DNA of 51,175 nucleotides, counting the filler, from Bipalium vagum (lineage: Eukaryota), in assembly GCA_037834085.1 (NCBI GenBank). It is 2 parts of 2 records of this genome, joined end to end, with 100 filler letters (N's around TTAATTAATTAA, not from the genome) between each part and the next. Parts side by side here need not be neighbours in the genome. Positions count along the whole stretch, not along the records: positions 1 to 22,715 come from JBBMKC010217466.1; 1 more part is not named here. One strand, written 5' to 3'. Under the pieces are notes generated by a model. The model was not told where the DNA came from and ran no database searches. It saw only the letters and a program-made list of their open reading frames with translations. Both the position numbers and the translations under genes were made by a program. Below, in pieces: positions 12,701 through 22,815 of this stretch. How positions within the stretch are numbered: position 1 is the first letter of the stretch; each line of letters opens with the position of its first letter.

Positions 12701-15700
12701 TTGGATGCTGCACTAAATTTAAGAATCTTGATTCCATGAATATTTAATAGTGATTTTTATCTCTTGATGATAATTATATAAACTATAAAAATTATGTAAC
12801 GGCCATTAAAAAATTAAACTTTTTAAAAAGGTACAAAATTTAAATATCTTCATTAAAAATTATTTATAGGTGCTCCTGATAATTTTTCAAATCTTGAAAC
12901 AAAAAAAAAATATAAAAAGCAGTAACTTAATTACTTCGTCTATCACTTGCAAAAGTCAGGATAAGCTTGACTTAAACATGCCAAGTATATTACAATAATT
13001 CAAGTTAATAGTACGAAATGTTGGGATAATCTTACCATTTTTTCCTATGGAGCAACATTTATCATTTGTAATTTGCTGATTGCATGTAGAATGCTCTTTT
13101 GGAACGGACAGATTTCCTTCGCAAACGAAATATTTCATATCTAATAGTGTAATTGGAGTTGCTCTTAGATCATCTGGTGATTGACAATTTGGCAGTCTGT
13201 GACTTCCTAGAACATTGTAATTCACCCTGGACCATTCTGAAATCCATTTCATGTGACAATTACAATGAAAATAATTTTTATTCAGCATTCTGAAGTTCAT
13301 ACATATCACTATTATCATTAAGAAAATATTTACAGAAACTTGAGGTTTATGTTCTCCTTAAAAGAGTCTTCTGTAATGCAGGTGATTTGATTGTCACTGA
13401 GCTGTCTGAATAAAGGATTACAAATATCTGATAAAGTAAAATATTCGATATAATAATAAATAAAAAAATAATGCAATTATTTATTTAAATTAACCATATA
13501 ACTTTATTAATTATATTAATACCAAGTTAATAGAGGAAATTTTGAAATAGGAAAATTTGAAAATTCTGAACACATAAAATAGATAAATTCATATTTGGAG
13601 AGTAAGATGGTTGCCGTAGAATCTTAAGTCCATGTTTTCTACAGAATACTTGTTTCATAACAGCCTCTCATGGACGTGCATTGTTATTCATAAAGGTTTA
13701 AGTGTCAAACTCTTTTGATATCCAAGATCTTTTGAAATAAATCCATATAACGTTCAGCATTAATAGATTGGTTACACTATAAAACTTAAAAGCAGAAATC
13801 ACTAAAACAACTCCAGGCAACCATTATATGAAACTTTATGTCTGATATTGCTCTTCTGGTAATTGTTGGCTGGTCACCATCTGTCGCAACAGTATAAATT
13901 ATCAAGGTCGAGAAGGTAAAGGATCACTAGACATCCATTTTTCGTACCACCATTACCATTTTGAAGTATCACTCATTCCACTGAATTTTTAAATTTTCAA
14001 TAATTATTTTGTAAAGTTTGAAAGATCAACATATAAATGTCATATTATCCATGACGGTTGACAAGTATCATAAATATTTTTATTATTTTATGAGTTTCAA
14101 AAAGTCCCCTGTTTTCATATAATTTTAAATTGGGAATAGAGAAACTTAAACATTTTAATTCTTTAAAATAATTCTAAGAATCACAAGACAATTTGAAATT
14201 GAAATAGATAAAATTCATAACGGACATTGGCTAATATTTATATTTAATTTTGCGATATTCGCAGCCAATGGCAATCAATTTTTAAAACCCATGGAACTGA
14301 TGCTTTGAAATTAAAGATTTTGATTTTAATGACAAACTTAGAACCAAAAGATATAATCAAGATCTCTAAGATGAGATTGGTTTGAAGGTTACGGACGTAA
14401 AAATTTTGGAAGATGACTAGTCAACTACTTCTACTTATTTGGAATCTAGAAAACATAAAAAAGTTGGTAAATGGGTATGACATCAGTTAATCAAAAAGTA
14501 AATAAATGTATAATTGCAACTTTGCCACTTTAGTAATAACAGCCGAATTTTTTTGTAAAAGATGTTTAACAAGGAAAAAATAAATTCATTTTTTAAAATC
14601 CTGTGCATAATAATTATAATTAATCAATTATGGACAGACTATAATCAACTGTATGATCTGGTTTAATATAGGAATATTTTTCAACTACTTTATATGAATT
14701 CTTTATTCAGAATTTTTAAAAAATGATGTTTTTATTGATCAAATTATTCTTTATATTTTCTGTGGACCAATTGAATAATTATCTATAATATATTTGACTT
14801 TATTCATTTTGAAGTTATTAATAAAGCAATAATTTTTCAAAATAGAATTCGATCAACCATTTGAAATTTTCTATTCACAAGGCATTGCTCCCTCTTTCAG
14901 ATTCATAATAAAATTAAAACAATATTTTCTTTTCAGTTATTTTTTCTTTTCTTAATCTCATAAGTATATAACATCACAGACTTACAATATCTCCAATTCA
15001 AAAAGAGTTCTGAATGTTCTGTTATTGATGCACTTCAATTTGTTAGAATTCAGGTTTCTGGAAAAATATCATAAATGAGGATTATCGAATTTAAAAATCA
15101 CATTTTGTTTTATAAAACAAAAGTAGATTCAAAGGAGTTTTTTTTATTTTTAATTGTTTAAATGTTCTATCAATAATTTTTAGTGAAATAAATTGTGATC
15201 CAAAACCTGTAGAAAATAATTAAATTGATACAGTGGATCCAACAGATATCATATATAGACATAAGGAACTTATAATTATGAAAAAAACATTTTAATGATA
15301 TTTTCATAGTACAAGGTTGACATTTTTAATATGGAATATACATAATCAGATCGATCATATATTTACATCAGAAACACAAAAACTGATCTACAAATAGTGT
15401 GACATAAATAGATTTTTTCTAATTCCTGTTTTATTATCATTTAAATATCATCAAATGCTTGCGGTTTGCATCTGTTTCCACTGAGATACTTATCCGAATT
15501 GTAATGGCAATTAAGTTCAACTCCTTGATCCGTTCAACAAGTGGAATCGTAAATATTTACATTATCCGTAACTCTTATGTCTTAGCTGTCTTAGATATTC
15601 GAATAAGAATAACACAAAGCTTGATTTATTTTTTCATCTAAATTATAATGATAATTTTACATCTCAAATTTAAAGGTCTTTTAATTTAAGTTCCAAAAAA

Positions 15701-18700
15701 TTCAACTAAGCTTTATATGTTAAGGATATGTTGGGTACATTGATATTAGGTCAGTTAATTTGAAATTGACACTTTCAAAATTAAATTTATTTAATGAAAA
15801 CAAACATCATTACAATAAATACGACATTGTCAACCAGAGACAAGGTTATTTATTCCATCCCTGTGAAAAGTTGATTCTCAGGATTCTATGAAACATCGAA
15901 AAGAATGAAAGAGAAAAAGGTGGATGCAGTAAAACTTCATATTGAAACTGATTTAACTTTTTCAGCGTTATTCATGATGCATGCGGTCTGGTATTGTTGT
16001 GCAATTAAACATTCACAAATCCCCAGCAGTAGCGTGCAAAGAATTGTAACTAAACAATTTAGACTGATCTATAAGAAAATATGCCCTCTAATAACAGATG
16101 TTCAGAAATATGAAAGATTGGCGTGGTGCCGACAACACCGGAATAATACATGAAGTATGATATTGATGAAAAATGGTTTCAGATACATTCATTCAATGTC
16201 ATAAGTTATCGTAACAATAGCCCCAGGAGAAAGTTCCTGAAATAAAAAAGACAAATATCTCAAAAATAATGGTACTAACTACTGTTGCGAACCCGAATTC
16301 GGAAAAAAGTTTAACTGCTTCCTTGATATATGAAGAATTGCGTCGGATTACCTAGCCCAGTGATCGTCAAAAAATCAAAAAAAGGATGAAGTATTAGGTT
16401 GAAGCATAATTTTGTTCGTTTTTTGTCGAAATTCTGGTCGTATTTAGCAAAGTATTATGAATGTTTTGAAAGCTAATTATCCATTGTATATATATATATA
16501 TTGTTTTACTGAACTAATTTAAAATATTTAATTTGCGGATATTTTAAATTGAACTATGGAATTTTTTGATAAAGATGTACATTACTGACATCTGATGCTT
16601 TTTGCCTACAATGTGGTTGTAAAGCTGCACAAGTAGCTCGTGAAATTTGTGAAATATATGGAAAAGATGTCATTAGCGCGTGAACAGCTCAGAAATGGTT
16701 TAGAAAAATTAAGAGTGATAAATTCTCACTACAAGACGAAATAAGTTCTGGGTGGTCTATTGACTTTGACGAGAAGCGCTTAAGCACATTCTTAAAAGGC
16801 AATGGACGACAAAGCACGCGTGAATTGGCTGTTCAAATGAAATGCAACCAAATGACAATCTGGCGTCACTTAAAATCAATAGAAAAAGTTCAAAAATGAG
16901 AGTGTAGATACCGCATGAGTTGTCAGAAAAAAAATATCAACCCTTCACAAATTTGGCAGATTTGCTTGCGCTTCATAGAGCCACTCTTAGAGACAAATTA
17001 AGATTTCTCCATCGGATTGTCACTGGAGACGAGAAGTGGTGTCTATATGTAAATCACCGAAAAAGGAAACAGTGGGCAAGCAGGAGCGAACTACCAACGT
17101 GTCAAGTTAAGACAGATCTTCATGTTTTCAATGATCGATGTGTGGTGGGAAGTAAAGGGTCTCATTTTATGACATAATCACACAATCAACTGGCAACTAT
17201 ATGTAGATCAACTACATTGCTTGAACCAAGTTTTTCAAAAGGAGCGACCTAATCTCCATGGGTCAGTAATTTTGCAGCATGACAACACCCGACCACACAC
17301 AGCACAGCTCACAAAGAGGTGAACCCAGGAACTCGGTTGTGAGGTTTTGGCTCCTCCGCCACACAGTCTGGACCTGCTTACATCAGATTTCCATCCTTTC
17401 TTTCGCTTTCTAACCAAATTCAACAATAATGAGGATCTGAAGAATTACCTTGATAATTACTTTGATTTCAGACCACGCAAAGTTGGTAAAACGGGATAAA
17501 AATAATTAGTACAACGATGGGGAAAACTTGTAAATAATCATAGACAGTACGTATCTGATTGATCTTTTTGTTTATCATGAAATAAATGAATTTATTTTTG
17601 CTTAAATATTATTGACTAATAAATGATTAAAAATCGAATGAACTTATGCTTCAACCTAATACACAAAGGTAATTCAACAATGAAAAATATAACAAGTTTT
17701 CATAAAACATGTTTCAAAAAAATTTACATTTATATTAACTTTTTTGTTACTTTTTATGGATGAGACGGATTTTATTTCGTTGTATATATTTCTGAGATCC
17801 AAAATCGTATACTTACTTTATACACATCGTTTAAATTAGAATTGATGAAGAATTAGAATATATTAACAAGGTCATAATGAAAAAATCTATTTTACTAAAC
17901 GGCCTGTCTTTTTGAGGTAAGTTAAATTAGAATTGATGAAGAATTAGAATATATAACAAGGTCATAATGAAAAAATCTATTTCACTAAACGGCCTGTCTT
18001 TTTTAGGTAAGTGGTAAGGCTTAGACTCTACAAGAAATAATGAAGATAACTACATAACTGCCATTTACATCGATGCACTTTTTCCACTGGTCGACCATTC
18101 AATCAAAGCACATTTCAAGGAAATTTTGATTCTTTTCCACGAGGAATTTTGTCACATTATCCTGCATATCATCTATTGAAACAAATTTTATTTCTCGCAT
18201 ATTCTTCTTCAGATGTTTGAACAATTAGAAATCACTTAGTGCCAGATCTGAACTGTAAGGTGAATCGTCCAGCTGCACAAATCCAGCTTTTGCTAATATT
18301 TCTTGCGACTTCTTTGATGTGAAAACAGGAGCGTTATCATGGAGCAAGAAAAGAATCTGGTTCCGAGGCTTGTGTCGGATAGTTCGGGTTTCAAGTAAGA
18401 AATAAGTAAGTAGTAATTGAAATTTATGATTTCTTCAATAAAATCTAGCTTCAAGATGCATTTGTTCTCCCAAAAGACATTTAAAATGCGAAATTCCCAG
18501 ATGCAAGACTTTAAATAGCTTCTCTTTTTGAAAAACCCATTCCTTTGACACACTTTTAGAATAAAGAATTCAGAGACTCAATGACGTCTCGGCTGTAGTT
18601 ATGATATTACATTAAAAAATTGGGCCTATATCATCCAGAAGACGAAGATTCCTTTCACAAGCCATTTTTCGTTTAGACATCATATCGGCTGTTATAAATA

Positions 18701-19469
18701 TCTGCACGAACCTGTTACATAGCTATCGGTCTCCAATTTTGTCTAGAAGCAACTGGATGGGTCTTTTGCATACATAAATTTAGGTAATTTTTTCGTTCTT
18801 TTTTTTACAATACTTTAATAGTTTCTTCATTAATATCGACAGGTCTTCCACTTTTGTATGCTTCATAAACACTTGCACGGCCAGATCAAAAATCACGGAT
18901 GCAGTTATAAATGGTCGTCTTACATGGGACTTCTTCACAGTATACCCCTTTCAGCTCATTAATAATTTCCTGTTTGGTAGATGCCTTCACTAGTAAAAAA
19001 CCGGATCACACTTCGGAATTTTACATTTTTTTGAATTAATCATATAGAAGAAACAAAAATTATTTTATAATTTCAAACTTATTAATTACCAAAAATAATT
19101 AATTAAACAAAAATTAATTTTTCACTAATACCAGGAAATTTTGAAAGAAATCGCTTTCACTATAAAGCAGAAAATTAACTTTGTAGTTCTTAAAAACTAA
19201 AATTGTTATAATTTTCAAAATATTATCCACAAAGGAGAGCTTTAATAAAAATTGTAAATATAATATAAATTCCACATACATTTCTTTCAATCTTGTTGAT
19301 TTAGTGAACACATCTGGATCGAGCAGCTCTATTTCATTATGTGATATATCTCTAAAAGTTAAACAGGTAAACTTGTAAACTGATAATACATTACATTTTC
19401 ACTAAATTTGGAGCTGTCTGGATAGAGTAGATTTGAGGTAAGCTCTTCAATTTGTTATGAGATAGAATC
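3192..19469 (-). CDS. slit: Slit axon-guidance/midline ligand, partial spliced CDS (15 exons; LRR D3-D4, EGF1-6, LamG, EGF7)
   Basis: Exons 19395-19469, 19280-19351, 14986-15057, 13334-13405, 13036-13289, 10887-11004, 9168-9239, 9050-9121, 8048-8119, 7607-7993, 7422-7561, 5409-5502, 4965-5317, 4655-4920, 3192-3714. All joins are GT-AG with matching phases (2642 nt, ~880 codons). The order LRR-LRRCT-LRRNT-LRR-LRRCT-6xEGF-LamG-EGF is diagnostic of Slit. Confidence 0.93.
4655..4920 (-). CDS. slit: slit exon, end of EGF6 + first half of laminin-G
   Basis: GFSGQLCQYLDSLYF...NISLRFITNSSSGLILYQG...VNLYHGHIRISYNLG. Confidence 0.92.
4965..5317 (-). CDS. slit: slit exon, EGF5 + long linker + EGF6
   Basis: Within ORF 4957-5367; NIDDCKYNSC...CVCRPGYIGIFCE, then CAYHECLNEGTC. 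Confidence 0.92.
5409..5502 (-). CDS. slit: slit exon, EGF4
   Basis: GKFCDTKFSYCHDVNPCLNSGQCQPLSNNDFK; phases match neighbours. Confidence 0.9.
5560..6990 (+). mobile_element. Degenerate Ty3/gypsy remnant in slit intron
   Basis: FSSINLGNTYYQV followed by KTAF (~6900-6975) matches the gypsy RT motif FSxIDLxxAYxQ...KTAF. Decayed knuckle-like GH/C motifs at ~6020-6170. Boundaries approximate. Confidence 0.6.
7422..7561 (-). CDS. slit: slit exon, end of EGF2 + EGF3
   Basis: [46 protein letters not shown]. Confidence 0.92.
7607..7993 (-). CDS. slit: slit exon, D4 LRRCT + EGF1 + start of EGF2
   Basis: ALGQNPFHCDCNIKWL...CASP...AKCDGCMKNPCKHNGKC...GKNCEKRINACFGQPC; within ORF 7585-8025. Confidence 0.93.
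8048..8119 (-). CDS. slit: slit LRR exon (ILQSNDVSTIPFQAFQDLKKLNNI)
   Basis: 72 nt, AG/GT bounded, LRR consensus. Confidence 0.87.
8240..8470 (-). mobile_element. Tc1-like transposase fragment
   Basis: YPPRCVQ...KSIVSVNFGII...LINIKGIINQPTKY resembles the Tc1 core between D1 and D2; heavily decayed. Confidence 0.35.
9050..9121 (-). CDS. slit: slit LRR exon (YLSYNGITELNKDVLTPLKSLETL)
   Basis: 72 nt, AG acceptor, gtaagt donor, LRR consensus. Confidence 0.88.
9168..9239 (-). CDS. slit: slit LRR exon (YLDRNDIKTLNKSSFKNLIKLKTL)
   Basis: 72 nt, AG/GT bounded, LRR consensus. Confidence 0.88.
10887..11004 (-). CDS. slit: slit exon, LRRNT of D4 (CPLKCKCELTKVDCSEIQLKEIPSEIPEDTTEL)
   Basis: Classic LRRNT cap; ttaag acceptor, gtgagt donor. 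Confidence 0.9.
11217..12720 (+). mobile_element. Possible hAT (Charlie/Buster-like) remnant
   Basis: Start CACGGGTGTCCAAA...CGGCCCG resembles hAT-Charlie ends; LQGLN motif at ~12121. Right end not established. Confidence 0.3.
13036..13289 (-). CDS. slit: slit exon, LRRCT of D3 plus Cys-rich linker
   Basis: NYFHCNCHMKWISEW...CQSPDDLR...FVC is an LRRCT cap; ttcag acceptor, gtaaga donor. Confidence 0.9.
13334..13405 (-). CDS. slit: slit LRR exon (QLSDNQITCITEDSFKENINLKFL)
   Basis: 72 nt, ttcag acceptor, gtaaat donor; LRR consensus. Confidence 0.88.
13580..13960 (-). mobile_element. mariner/ITm transposase remnant
   Basis: NNARP*...LKILRQPSYSPNMNL (decayed DNARPH...YSPD). Confidence 0.55.
14200..14660 (+). 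mobile_element. mariner remnant
   Basis: KVGKWV*HQL (WVPHEL motif) at ~14461-14490; DFDFNDK upstream. Confidence 0.5.
14986..15057 (-). CDS. slit: slit LRR exon (NLNSNKLKCINNRTFRTLFELEIL)
   Basis: 72 nt, ccag acceptor, gtaagt donor; LRR consensus. Confidence 0.88.
15744..16391 (+). mobile_element. ITm transposon remnant with IDEKWF / KIMVLTTVANP motifs, truncated by the adjacent mariner
   Basis: TATTAGGT end at 15744; ERLAWC in ORF 15905-16153; DIDEKWF at ~16160; KIMVLTTVANP at ~16265-16295. Confidence 0.6.
16394..17659 (+). mobile_element. Full-length defective mariner (DD34D), 1266 bp, with TIRs and TA duplication
   Basis: TA-TTAGGTTGAAGCATAA at 16392 and TTATGCTTCAACCTAA-TA ending at 17661. 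AREICEIYG, QKWFRK, PHELS, IVTGDEKW, QHDNTRPH and SDFH motifs with stops and frameshifts. Confidence 0.93.
17831..18011. repeat. Tandem duplication of a ~90-bp unit
   Basis: Copies 17831-17921 and 17922-18011 differ at only ~3 positions. Confidence 0.9.
18040..19045 (-). mobile_element. Defective mariner, irritans-like
   Basis: FRSVIRFF...EIINELKGVY...TTIYNCIRDF*SGRASV...SGRP; LLHDNAP...SPYSSDLALSDF; WKKCIDVNGSY. Confidence 0.8.
19280..19351 (-). CDS. slit: slit LRR exon (DISHNEIELLDPDVFTKSTRLKEI)
   Basis: 72 nt, tttag acceptor, gtatgt donor; LRR consensus; 43-nt upstream intron. Confidence 0.87.
19395..19469 (-). CDS. slit: slit exon, first LRR of D3 (ILSHNKLKSLPQIYSIQTAPNLVKI)
   Basis: 75-nt exon, AG/GT bounded, phase 2-2. 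A 25-residue LRR, as in the first D3 repeat of other Slits. Confidence 0.85.
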
Positions 19470-21239
19470 CTATTGATATAGCACAATAAAATCACTTATT
19501 TCTAAAGGTACTATTTTATATAATTTACATAAAAATATTCTGAAAATGCAAAAGGAATTTTGAAAACGGACATTAAAATAAATATTATTGATATTTCCTT
19601 TAATTTTAATGATTTTCATGTTTTATATATTTCTGTTTATTATTAAATATTAACAATTAATTCATTTGAATATAATAACTTTTCATTGTAACGTTATCCT
19701 GTTTTTATTGTTTTTTTATGGTGTGAGTCGAAACATGCTAAACCATGTCTTTTGAAAAGGTCTGAGCACTCCAAGTCTTCCGATATTTTCCACATCATTT
19801 GAAAAATTTCATGATTTTTCAGATAATATCGTCTGTGCTCCTTAGTCGTTTATTTCAACCGACCTTCTGTTATTCATAACGCTTTTATAAGAACTATTTG
19901 TAGCAGTGTACAGTTTATCAAAACTTTAGAAATATCAACAGGTTTATGACTTGTATTTAGTGAGATTGCAGTTGGAAACTATTATAAGTTACAAAATATT
20001 GATTCTAACCGATATGATAAATTAAAATATTTATAAAAACCAAAGTTAAAAAGCGGAAAAGATTTGAATTTTCATGTAGGATTTTCAAAGTGTTAATAAT
20101 AACATGCCTTCTTCATTGACCTTTGGCATTGAAGATACAGAAAGATAATAAAGTAAAGATAAAAGGTAATTTTTCAAAGAGATGGAAATGAAATAAAGAC
20201 TTTTACAAATAGTTTGATTCAACATTATACTCCCAGATATTGATAAAAACCCTTAAATCATTATTTATAATTAATACTCAAAATTTATTCTCTTGAGTAA
20301 CTTTTAATTAAATACGCACAAGGCGACTTTAATTATTAAAAGTTCAAACTTTGGATAAATAAATATTATTAACATTTTATTTTCGTGGATTATCTACATT
20401 TCGTTCACGTCTAAATTTCACTCCAAAACTTGATATGCAACCAAAACTGTTCCCTGTCGCAATATGAGATAATAGATGTTACACCACACATATTTTTATT
20501 TTATTCATGTAAATTTTAATTAATTGCCTATGTTAAATTTTTGACTGATTCAAGAGGTTTAAAATAATAATTGGACAGACGCAAAAGTCAGACATGGCAA
20601 TAAATGATGTTAACATTATCATAATCATTAAAAACCAACGTGATGATTTCTTAATTATCACCAACTATCATTAATGGATGTCAAATGACTACAAAATCAT
20701 GGATGGGACGAAACTGTAATTGCTTTACTTATACCAAACGTATCCTTTGATATTAGTTTACAGACATCACGGTGCTAAAAAAGTAGCCAGGGTTTCTTTT
20801 ATAAGTTTGCTCTGTTCTCAATTACTGAACCACTTTCTTTTGGGAATATCTTTTTAAACGAAAATCTTTACAATTTTCTATATTTCATCAATCCTGAGAA
20901 ACCAATGATATCAAAAATTAGTATATGTTTCTAGAATTTTAAAAATCTTCAACCTAACACGAAGTAATAGTAGACGATTTATTAATTGACACAACCGGAA
21001 TACCTTTCGGAATCGTTTTCATCGGTCAATTATCAACAATCGATGAAAAATTGGCTACAGAAAGAGACTTGTTGAATAAAATGTCGAACATTTATCGAAC
21101 CGTACAACAGTTAAAATAAATAAGAGTGCTTTAATTTAAATTTACAATAACGTGGTGTACTGAATTTACTTACATTTTCATGATTTTTTATTAAATATTC
21201 ATATTTGTTTAAATAAATCAGCTAATTTAAATTTCAACA

Positions 21240-22160
21240 GAGGAAAATGAAACAAAGAAAAACTATTACAAATAATATTACAAAGGATATTTTCGACATA
21301 TTTTGTAATATATTATTTTACAAAATTGTTGAAGTTACAAACATTAACAGAAAGACGCTTAGTAATCTAATAAAGTTAAGTGAATAAAATGTTATATTTG
21401 AAAGTGCACATGATAAGCTTAAAAGAACTAATAAAATATGGAGTAATTGGCGATGTGGAAATTTCAGTTATTAATTGCACACAAATTGAAGCGCAAAACT
21501 TTATTAAAGATGTACTTCAAAAGTTTGTATACTGTATACCGGAAATATAAATATTAATGTTTAACTTCTGTTCTTATTGTAAGAAATACGCTAGAATGTA
21601 TTACAGAAAGAGTAGAATGAGCCACAGAAAGCGCATTAAGAAAATGAAAAATTAGTTTACTTAGACAAAACATGATTTAACGACCTCAAAAATATTACGA
21701 GAATGCTACGACATAATTGTGCTTATAAAATTGTGTCAGAAACCAAAAGTAAAAATAATAGGTGATGATAGCGATTAGTCAGGAAGGAGTAATTGCTTAT
21801 TAAATAAAAAGTACTGCCTACAACAAATAACGTTTTGAATAATTCACCAGAGAAAATCTCGTACCATATTGCCTACAACATCTTGGCTGTTTACTTGTTG
21901 TGGATAACGCATCATCCCATAGATTAGATGAAATTAAACATTTGTGTTTCGAAAACAATATTAAGTACCAGTGTTTAGTACCACAGGCTGATTGAGGAAT
22001 TTTTGCACATATAAAATTGAAATTGAAATTAATTAGAGATGGTGACGCAACAATTCACATTTTAAGAAAAACTGAAATTGTTTTCAGCACAAGAAATAAT
22101 TGTCGATCAAAAATAGGATTTAATAAATGTATGGGAAATTGGTTGGAAAAAGCTAGAAAA
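21240..22160 (+). mobile_element. IS630/Tc1-family transposase remnant
   Basis: LLVVDNASSHRLDEIKHLCFENNIKYQCLVP (21891-21983), then IEEF. Confidence 0.6.
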
Positions 22161-22715
22161 AAGAACCTCTTATTTAACAAAACTATTGATTTTAACTCTC
22201 ATTGTTTCTTCTTGATCAAAATTTTAAATATTTCAAACAAATATAAGTATGAAATATTCTGTAATTATATTATTTTAAAAAGCATTTTACAGCTTATCCG
22301 AATTATTTAATCTTCTTTTCTAAATATTTCATCTTTCATAAGAAATTCACAAATAAATATCGATCTAAGATTTAAATATGCTAGAAAAATGTTGGATATT
22401 GATGTACAAAGATTAGTTTTAGATAAAATAAGAGTATTTTATGAGAGAAGTTTAAATTGTAAATAAAACATATCATTTAGACGTTTTTTTGTTTTTATTG
22501 TGGATTAAATATGAATATAAAGGAAATAAATTTGATACAAAATGTGATTATTAAAATATGACATGACAACAATCTTAGAATTATCTCATTGTTAGCAGCT
22601 ATTTCAATGAAGTCACTCATAGTTTCAAAAATTTATTGATCCAATAAAAATAAAAATACTTAAACAAATTTCCGTCAATTAATTAATTTAAATAAAGTGT
22701 CTCTTTTATTAATTT

Positions 22716-22815
22716 NNNNNNNNNNNNNNNNNNNNNNNNNNNNNNNNNNNNNNNNNNNNTTAATTAATTAANNNNNNNNNNNNNNNNNNNNNNNNNNNNN
22801 NNNNNNNNNNNNNNN
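22716..22815. other. Artificial scaffold linker N44-TTAATTAATTAA-N44
   Basis: Exactly 100 nt and symmetric; the central palindrome gives TAA stops in all six frames. Confidence 0.95.

Noticed and set aside
17910-17922. TTTGAG|GTAAGT resembling a nematode SL1 3' end
   Set aside because: No leader body or Sm site; the second copy differs.
19720-19775. Hammerhead-like GAAACATG...CATGTC stem
   Set aside because: No CUGANGA core on either side. The minus strand reads LFKRHGL, more like a pogo/CENP-B fragment.
20980-21060. Minus-strand MKTIPKGIP as the missing slit D3 LRRNT
   Set aside because: In-frame stop just upstream and no cysteines. The plus-strand STIDEKL is also too weak to call piggyBac.
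22760-22771. TTAATTAATTAA palindrome as a biological site
   Set aside because: Centred in a symmetric 100-nt N spacer; synthetic.
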